Shown here: positions 59,251 through 64,000 of the stretch, piece by piece
Layout of the letters: every line of letters starts with the position of its first letter
Numbering within the stretch: the first letter of the stretch is position 1
DNA from: Deltaproteobacteria bacterium
GTDB lineage: Bacteria > UBA10199 > JADFYH01
DNA length: 64,000 bases
Assembly: GCA_015233135.1 (NCBI GenBank)
Contig: JADFYH010000011.1
Location: 15,955-79,954, forward strand
Direction: 5' to 3'
The notes under the pieces: generated by a model
Seen by the model: the letters and a program-made list of their open reading frames with translations, nothing else
The model's database searches: none
What the model was told of the DNA's origin: nothing
Made by a program: the position numbers and the translations under genes

Positions 59251-59914
59251 AGCCAAGAAAACTCGCGCCCAAATCCTGCAAGCGGCGCTGGAACTTTTCT
59301 ATGAGAATGGTTTTGAAAAAACCACTCTACGGGACGTTGCTAAGAAGAGCGGCATGGCCCTAGGCGCGACTTACTATTATTTTCATTCCAAGGAAGAAAT
59401 GGTCTTCGAGTTTTATGCCCAAACTCACGAAGAGGCCTTGGTGCGTAATGCGCTTATTGTGAGTGAATCCACTAAATTTCAGAAGCGATTAAAGGCGCTG
59501 ATCGACTTCAAGTTTGAACAACTGATGCCTTATCGTCCCTTTATCGGAGCGCTTGCTCGTTTTGCAGCGAATCCCTCTCATCCGCTTTCACCTTTCTCCC
59601 AACCATCGAAGCCTTATCGGGACCAGGCCATCGCGATGTTCGAACAAATTATTGAGGGTAGCGATATTAAAATTCCATCTCCCATCAAGCATAGCTTACC
59701 CACCTTGTTGTGGGCTTATCAGATGGCCCTCACCTTATTCTGGATCAATGATTCCTCTGCGGGCCAGGAGCATACAAAAAGTCTTGCAGACTTCAGCCAG
59801 AAACTCATCACAAAATGGCTGACCTTGTCGCGCCTCCCTCTCCTCCATCCTTTCCTCTCTTCTGTGGATACGCTGGTCCGAATGATTCAAGACCCGGGGT
59901 CTCCTCCACGTTAA
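59231..59914 (+). CDS. TetR/AcrR-family transcriptional regulator
   Basis: TetR HTH (RAQILQAALELFYENGFEKTTLRDVAKKSGMALGATYYYF). Overlaps the end of the epimerase gene by 20 nt. Confidence 0.85.
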   Translation: MMKETDKAKKTRAQILQAALELFYENGFEKTTLRDVAKKSGMALGATYYYFHSKEEMVFEFYAQTHEEALVRNALIVSESTKFQKRLKALIDFKFEQLMPYRPFIGALARFAANPSHPLSPFSQPSKPYRDQAIAMFEQIIEGSDIKIPSPIKHSLPTLLWAYQMALTLFWINDSSAGQEHTKSLADFSQKLITKWLTLSRLPLLHPFLSSVDTLVRMIQDPGSPPR

Positions 59915-60014
59915 CTGGCGGCCTACAGCTCCAGGGCAGTGCATCTGAAATAGCCCTTGAATTTCCAGACACGAATGCCTTATTGATATCCGTGGGCGGA
60001 AATATGTTTTCATT

Positions 60015-60167
60015 ATGGGCACCTACAGCCAGTACGGATGTACGACGAGTGCCAGCTACACGGCATATGATGGTACGTCGTTCACAGCCGCCTTCAGTCT
60101 GACGGGTTGTAATGTGTCTGGTTATGCCTTTTCGGAAAGTATTACCTATACGTTTACGAAACAATAG
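60015..60167 (+). CDS. orphan 50-codon ORF duplicating the C-terminal 47 residues of lipoprotein 53689..55863 (gene-fragment remnant)
   Basis: MGT + YSQYGCTTSASYTAYDGTSFTAAFSLTGCNVSGYAFSESITYTFTKQ. 132 of 144 nt identical to 55720..55863. 8 of the 12 differences are synonymous. Similarity ends abruptly upstream of the first shared codon. Confidence 0.35.
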   Translation: MGTYSQYGCTTSASYTAYDGTSFTAAFSLTGCNVSGYAFSESITYTFTKQ

Positions 60168-60232
60168 GGAGTGTCTTATCGAAAAACAGAAGCCTTCCAA
60201 TCTTCCTGGTTTTTTTGGATAGAAATTAACTA

Positions 60233-63200
60233 TCACGCCCGCCTAGAGGATCGCGTGATTCTATCCAAAAGACCAAGCGCTTCAAGTTCTCGATTTAACC
60301 AAGCGATGTTGGACGCCTGGCTTGCCCAATGAGCCAGATTATTTTCTTCAAGCCTGAACTGTTTCTCCAACTGTAAAAACAAGGATTCCAGTCGATGACT
60401 CATCGACCCTCGCAATCGGTACTGCGGCCGGTCTCGCCTTTTTCCGATAAAAGAAGAAATGGCCAGGCTTGCATTGGAAAACAGTATCCCAATTCTTGAT
60501 GGGCTTTGATCCCAGTCTCCCAAAATTGCGGACAAAATCCTTTGGGTTTTTTCAATATCCGCAACAACTTGCTCTACACGCCTGATCGCTGTTGGATTGG
60601 CGGCCAAACCACTTCTTTGTTTTCTAAGATAATCAATCAGGGCCAGCAAATTATCCCTCATCCCCTGGATAGATTTCTGATAATTATTGTCATCGGTAAA
60701 ATCCTTATGCGCCTCTACACGAGCATCCTGCAAACGACGTATGTAATCACGAATCACCAACATCGATTGCCAACGCAACCCACTCTCATGAATCTTGGCT
60801 CTCACTAACTGATAGGGAGCCTTGTTCCATGTTTTTGTTCGCGTCACAAATCCAGGTTGATGTTCTTCATCCAAAAACCACCTCAAGGCCAAAGAATCGA
60901 TGGCAAACAGGCCTTCTATGGTTTTTTGATTGTGTGCATCTCTTTCAGCCAAATCACCAGGAAGCACTTTCCCTTGAGCTACCAATTCTTCGTTGAGTCT
61001 TCTTTCGATTCCCGCAAAAAAGTTGGTGCTGCTGGCCTCTTTTTTAAGTCTGGCCCGGGCGCTTGCAAAGGCCTCTTCAAACTCCAATCCTTCACTGTCC
61101 AATAATTGATTCAAAATATTCAAAAAAGTATCTTCATGACGAAGTCGGGTACAGCCTTTGAGATCCTCCAAGCCAGTTTCATTTTTTCTGAACGCTCGCT
61201 TGATTTCTGCTTCATCCGTGCTTTCTCTTCGTGCAAAATATTCCTTGAGCTTATCCACATTTTCCAGACCTACACAGGATACATTCTCATTAGACTCAGC
61301 ATCTATCATTGCCTGTTCTATTGCTGCTCTTTCTGCATTAATTTTAGCGGCCTCATGCTGAGAAAAAATAGAGACTAAGGCTTTTTCATTCTCATGGCGA
61401 TATCTGCACAATTCTTCTTCCAACTCATAAGGTTTCAAGTTTTTTCTATTTTGTATCACCCAATCACAAAAGCGATAGCCATCGTCCGGAGCCAGAACAT
61501 TTTTCATGTAGGCCAAATAGGCCGCCAAGAAAACCTGATCCCCTCTTTGAAAGACTTTGTTTTCAGCGGTCACAAAGTGTCCATCTTCACTTTGGTTTGC
61601 TTCATCTCCCGCAAAAACTTGCATGGCCCTCAAAGTCGCCATTTCACTCACCGAATCAAACGAAAACTTTACAGGCCCTGTAGGAGATTCATGCCCCACC
61701 ATTTCATCCGGAAAACCCAGTCCAGTTTGAAAGGCTAGATTCCACATCAAATCAAAACGACCTGCTTGAGCCAAAGCTAAATAGACCGAAGCAGGAATTC
61801 CTCTTCCACTGTTCAAGACCGATTTCATTCCGACAATGATTTGGGCATTGGGCTTAAAATTTTTGATACGCCCTTCAGAAAGAGCAAATCTCAAGGCCGG
61901 CGAGGGCAAACTGGTAATCACAGTATCTGCCAATTGCAAAAGCCCATCGTTGTATCTTGGATCGGAGGCGTGCAAGGCACAACGATCGTCCGTATTAATT
62001 TGGGCCCCACTAATAAAAGGAGTGGTCCCTTGGTAATTAATTTCATCCGCTGCCTTGCGGTCCTGATCACTTTCATGAGTCAACAAGACATGCACTACCG
62101 ATTTTCCAAATAATCTTTGGGAGTGCTGAGTCACTTGCGCACTCATTTTATCAAGACCCACCCCATGTCTCCCGGCACCCAGTACGGTCACGAGATGCAC
62201 ATTGTTTGTTCTTAAATGCTCCCGTGCCCCCTCCAGATTCCCTGCTTCCAACATCTGCAAGGCCTCTTCCACATGGGTCGATTGACCCTGTTGATTCCAA
62301 TATTGTCCCTTGGGCCTTTCCCGAACAGTTCCATCCTTACTTTTTCTCAACAGCAAGTAAGAAAGACCGGCCACCAAACTTAAAACGGCTACAAAAGGAG
62401 AAGTATGCCCCGCAGAAGCAGTGTGAGCCATGGCATGCGCGGCCTCGGGGTTTAGGAAGTGTGAGAGTGTAAGGGCCACTCCTGCCAATCCTAAGGCCGG
62501 AGTAGGGATGCTGGGAAATGTAAAGAGATCACGTAAACGGGTAAACGGGTGAACTGGTAGATTCCTAGACTCGTAGACTGGTGAAGGGGTGTTGTCGTTG
62601 CGAATTGCAGAGCCCGACTGGAGACGGGTATGAAGCAAAGCTCCCAGCTGTCCACCAACGTGCATTCCACAATCGCTGAACCAGGCAGTGGTTAAGGCCT
62701 GCATCGTAAAATGGGCAGCAATGTTATCGTTTTGAGGCTCTACAAAATAACGAATCCCTAATAAACCATCCAAGACGCGGGCCCCTAAAATTTCTGCAGC
62801 GGCTCCCACACTCATGGTGAGACCACCCAAGGAGCGGGCCAGCAAATAACTCAAGCCTCGACTGAGCAAACTGGATCCGGGAATAAATGCGGCAAGGACC
62901 GGTTGCGCAAAATGTCCTACATATTCTGCCGATCCCATATTGAGAGTGCCACGCACATCCCGATTTATTTCTACAAGATGCATGCGGTTTTCGCCGTAAT
63001 AAAGCGATTCAAACCCTTCGTGCAAACGACTCGAAGCCAAGTGCACCACCAGACCTCTCAAGAGTAAATTATTCACCCCAAAAAGCCCCGCTACCGTCCC
63101 CCCGAAGGTGCAGGTGGTAAAGGCCAGGCCCGTTTCAATGACAAAATCTGCCGTAAGAACCTGATGCTGCACCGCAGATAAAAACTCATTGGCGCCCTGA

Positions 63201-63481
63201 CGCAGTGTTCTATTTTGAATATGGCCATCGACAAAATGATGCGCCGAATCAAAAAGGGGATTAGCATAGGGAAGAACTGCTGCTTCACCAGCATGAAGCA
63301 GATAATTAAAATCATCGGCTAAGTGACTAATAAACGTAGGATGTTGTGGGTGTTGCGGCGGAGCCTGTTCCGAAGAAGTGCGGACATTTGTGGGCAATTG
63401 GATCTGCTGAGCTTCCAATGCCGGAGAATGGGAGTTCCCAGCAATAGTTGAACCTTCTGAAAGACGAATCCCCTTTTGCAT
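60233..63481 (-). CDS. large hypothetical protein (1082 aa), no recognisable domain
   Basis: Long uninterrupted ORF with a Pro/Gln-rich N-terminal region. Moderately GC-richer than background. Confidence 0.6.
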   Translation of the reverse strand: MQKGIRLSEGSTIAGNSHSPALEAQQIQLPTNVRTSSEQAPPQHPQHPTFISHLADDFNYLLHAGEAAVLPYANPLFDSAHHFVDGHIQNRTLRQGANEFLSAVQHQVLTADFVIETGLAFTTCTFGGTVAGLFGVNNLLLRGLVVHLASSRLHEGFESLYYGENRMHLVEINRDVRGTLNMGSAEYVGHFAQPVLAAFIPGSSLLSRGLSYLLARSLGGLTMSVGAAAEILGARVLDGLLGIRYFVEPQNDNIAAHFTMQALTTAWFSDCGMHVGGQLGALLHTRLQSGSAIRNDNTPSPVYESRNLPVHPFTRLRDLFTFPSIPTPALGLAGVALTLSHFLNPEAAHAMAHTASAGHTSPFVAVLSLVAGLSYLLLRKSKDGTVRERPKGQYWNQQGQSTHVEEALQMLEAGNLEGAREHLRTNNVHLVTVLGAGRHGVGLDKMSAQVTQHSQRLFGKSVVHVLLTHESDQDRKAADEINYQGTTPFISGAQINTDDRCALHASDPRYNDGLLQLADTVITSLPSPALRFALSEGRIKNFKPNAQIIVGMKSVLNSGRGIPASVYLALAQAGRFDLMWNLAFQTGLGFPDEMVGHESPTGPVKFSFDSVSEMATLRAMQVFAGDEANQSEDGHFVTAENKVFQRGDQVFLAAYLAYMKNVLAPDDGYRFCDWVIQNRKNLKPYELEEELCRYRHENEKALVSIFSQHEAAKINAERAAIEQAMIDAESNENVSCVGLENVDKLKEYFARRESTDEAEIKRAFRKNETGLEDLKGCTRLRHEDTFLNILNQLLDSEGLEFEEAFASARARLKKEASSTNFFAGIERRLNEELVAQGKVLPGDLAERDAHNQKTIEGLFAIDSLALRWFLDEEHQPGFVTRTKTWNKAPYQLVRAKIHESGLRWQSMLVIRDYIRRLQDARVEAHKDFTDDNNYQKSIQGMRDNLLALIDYLRKQRSGLAANPTAIRRVEQVVADIEKTQRILSAILGDWDQSPSRIGILFSNASLAISSFIGKRRDRPQYRLRGSMSHRLESLFLQLEKQFRLEENNLAHWASQASNIAWLNRELEALGLLDRITRSSRRA

Positions 63482-63882
63482 GCTTTTATCCCCTTTTTTG
63501 AATTGGATCTCTTATCGCTACAAATGGGAAAAAGTTGCTAAATAACCGGCTAATAATTTCATGTTAAATGTGTAAATAAATATCAAGCCTATGATTTTCT
63601 TTATGAAAGTGAATTAATCTTTTTTTATTAAAAGTAGGGTTTTGGTGAGTTTTTGAATTTATGTTTTGTTCATCGTTTTCTCTTAAAGAAAAATGATGAA
63701 AGTTTTGAAGCAAAAGTGTCCCTGGTGTTCCCTCCTTTTTTCTCCGCATCCCCGATTAAAAGATCGTCAAATCTCTGTGCCACTGCCTCTTGCAAGAGAA
63801 CTCAGAACCTCTTTCGTCAAAAAGAATGGAAAAGTAAAAATGAGAAGATCTGCCGTGAATCCCAGAAAGATTGGTGTCAGCG

Positions 63883-63974
63883 CGCATGACAGGGAGCCTG
63901 GAGTTCGCATGATAGGGCCCCACCTGTACGCATGATAGGGACCCGGTGGTTCGCAAGGATAGGGACCCACTTTT
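63883..63974. repeat. tandem array of four 23-bp units (CGCATGATAGGGNCCC core + 7 variable nt)
   Basis: cgcatgacagggagcctggagtt / cgcatgatagggccccacctgta / cgcatgatagggacccggtggtt / cgcaaggatagggacccactttt. The window ends 26 bp later. Confidence 0.6.
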
Positions 63975-64000
63975 TCCTCTAAAAAATAGCGACGGATCTT

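Noticed and set aside
63883-63974. Possible CRISPR array from the 23-bp tandem repeats
   Set aside because: Units are directly contiguous with a variable 7-nt tail rather than repeat-spacer alternation. There are only four units, and no cas genes in the window.
1-64000. tRNA, rRNA or tmRNA genes
   Set aside because: Scanning for T-loop consensus (GGTTCGA(A/G)TCC-like) and rRNA-like conserved blocks found nothing convincing. Neither gene-3'-end duplication overlaps a tRNA.

Overview
This 64-kb window of a bacterial chromosome (AT-rich background, several clearly GC-richer patches) is densely coding and mixes housekeeping genes with accessory, mobile-element-scarred DNA. Organism identity is not established.

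Housekeeping and metabolic genes, all called from recognisable motifs in the translations:
- DNA and nucleotide: recQ, purK-purE.
- Redox and stress: CoA-disulfide-reductase-like flavoprotein with rhodanese domain, a rhodanese/DUF2892-like membrane protein, typical 2-Cys peroxiredoxin, OsmC, NUDIX hydrolase.
- Acyl-CoA chemistry: methylmalonyl-CoA epimerase, CitE/malyl-CoA-lyase-like HpcH aldolase, acyl-CoA dehydrogenase, double-hotdog MaoC hydratase, crotonase.
- Transport and envelope: Amt ammonium channel, two MFS transporters, FtsX-like ABC permease, MscK-like mechanosensitive channel, flotillin/SPFH protein, and many secreted or lipoprotein hypotheticals.
- Other: siroheme nitrite/sulfite reductase, M20 dipeptidase, eukaryote-type (class 2) S-adenosylmethionine decarboxylase next to a Tat-signal flavin amine oxidase, ElbB, an orphan NuoI-like ferredoxin, a TetR-regulated NAD(P)-epimerase operon.

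Accessory and mobile content:
- Toxin-antitoxin pairs VapBC and HicAB.
- Two paralogous modules, each a small or winged-helix protein followed by a minimal nucleotidyltransferase (AbiE-like). One is translationally coupled to recQ.
- Two COG1373/DUF4143 AAA ATPases.
- Two SNF2-family helicases.
- An HUH (IS200/RayT-like) transposase beside a tyrosine-integrase C-terminal remnant.
- An IS4-family transposase remnant.
- A Uma2 endonuclease.

Most notable observations:
1. An 8.9-kb segment bounded by 65-bp near-identical direct repeats. It carries a MORC-like GHKL ATPase whose 5' end is clipped by the IS remnant, immediately followed by a SWIM-zinc-finger SNF2 helicase. This is a candidate uncharacterised two-gene nucleic-acid surveillance module, possibly decayed.
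2. A second sharp-edged duplication of a gene 3' end: the last 47 codons of a surface Ig-like lipoprotein recur 4.3 kb away as a 50-codon orphan ORF.
3. Two MITE-like or structured palindromic elements.
4. TetR-type palindromic operators.
5. A terminator hairpin embedding the next gene's start codon.
6. A 4 x 23-bp tandem repeat at the window edge.

No rRNA, tRNA or CRISPR array was recognised.
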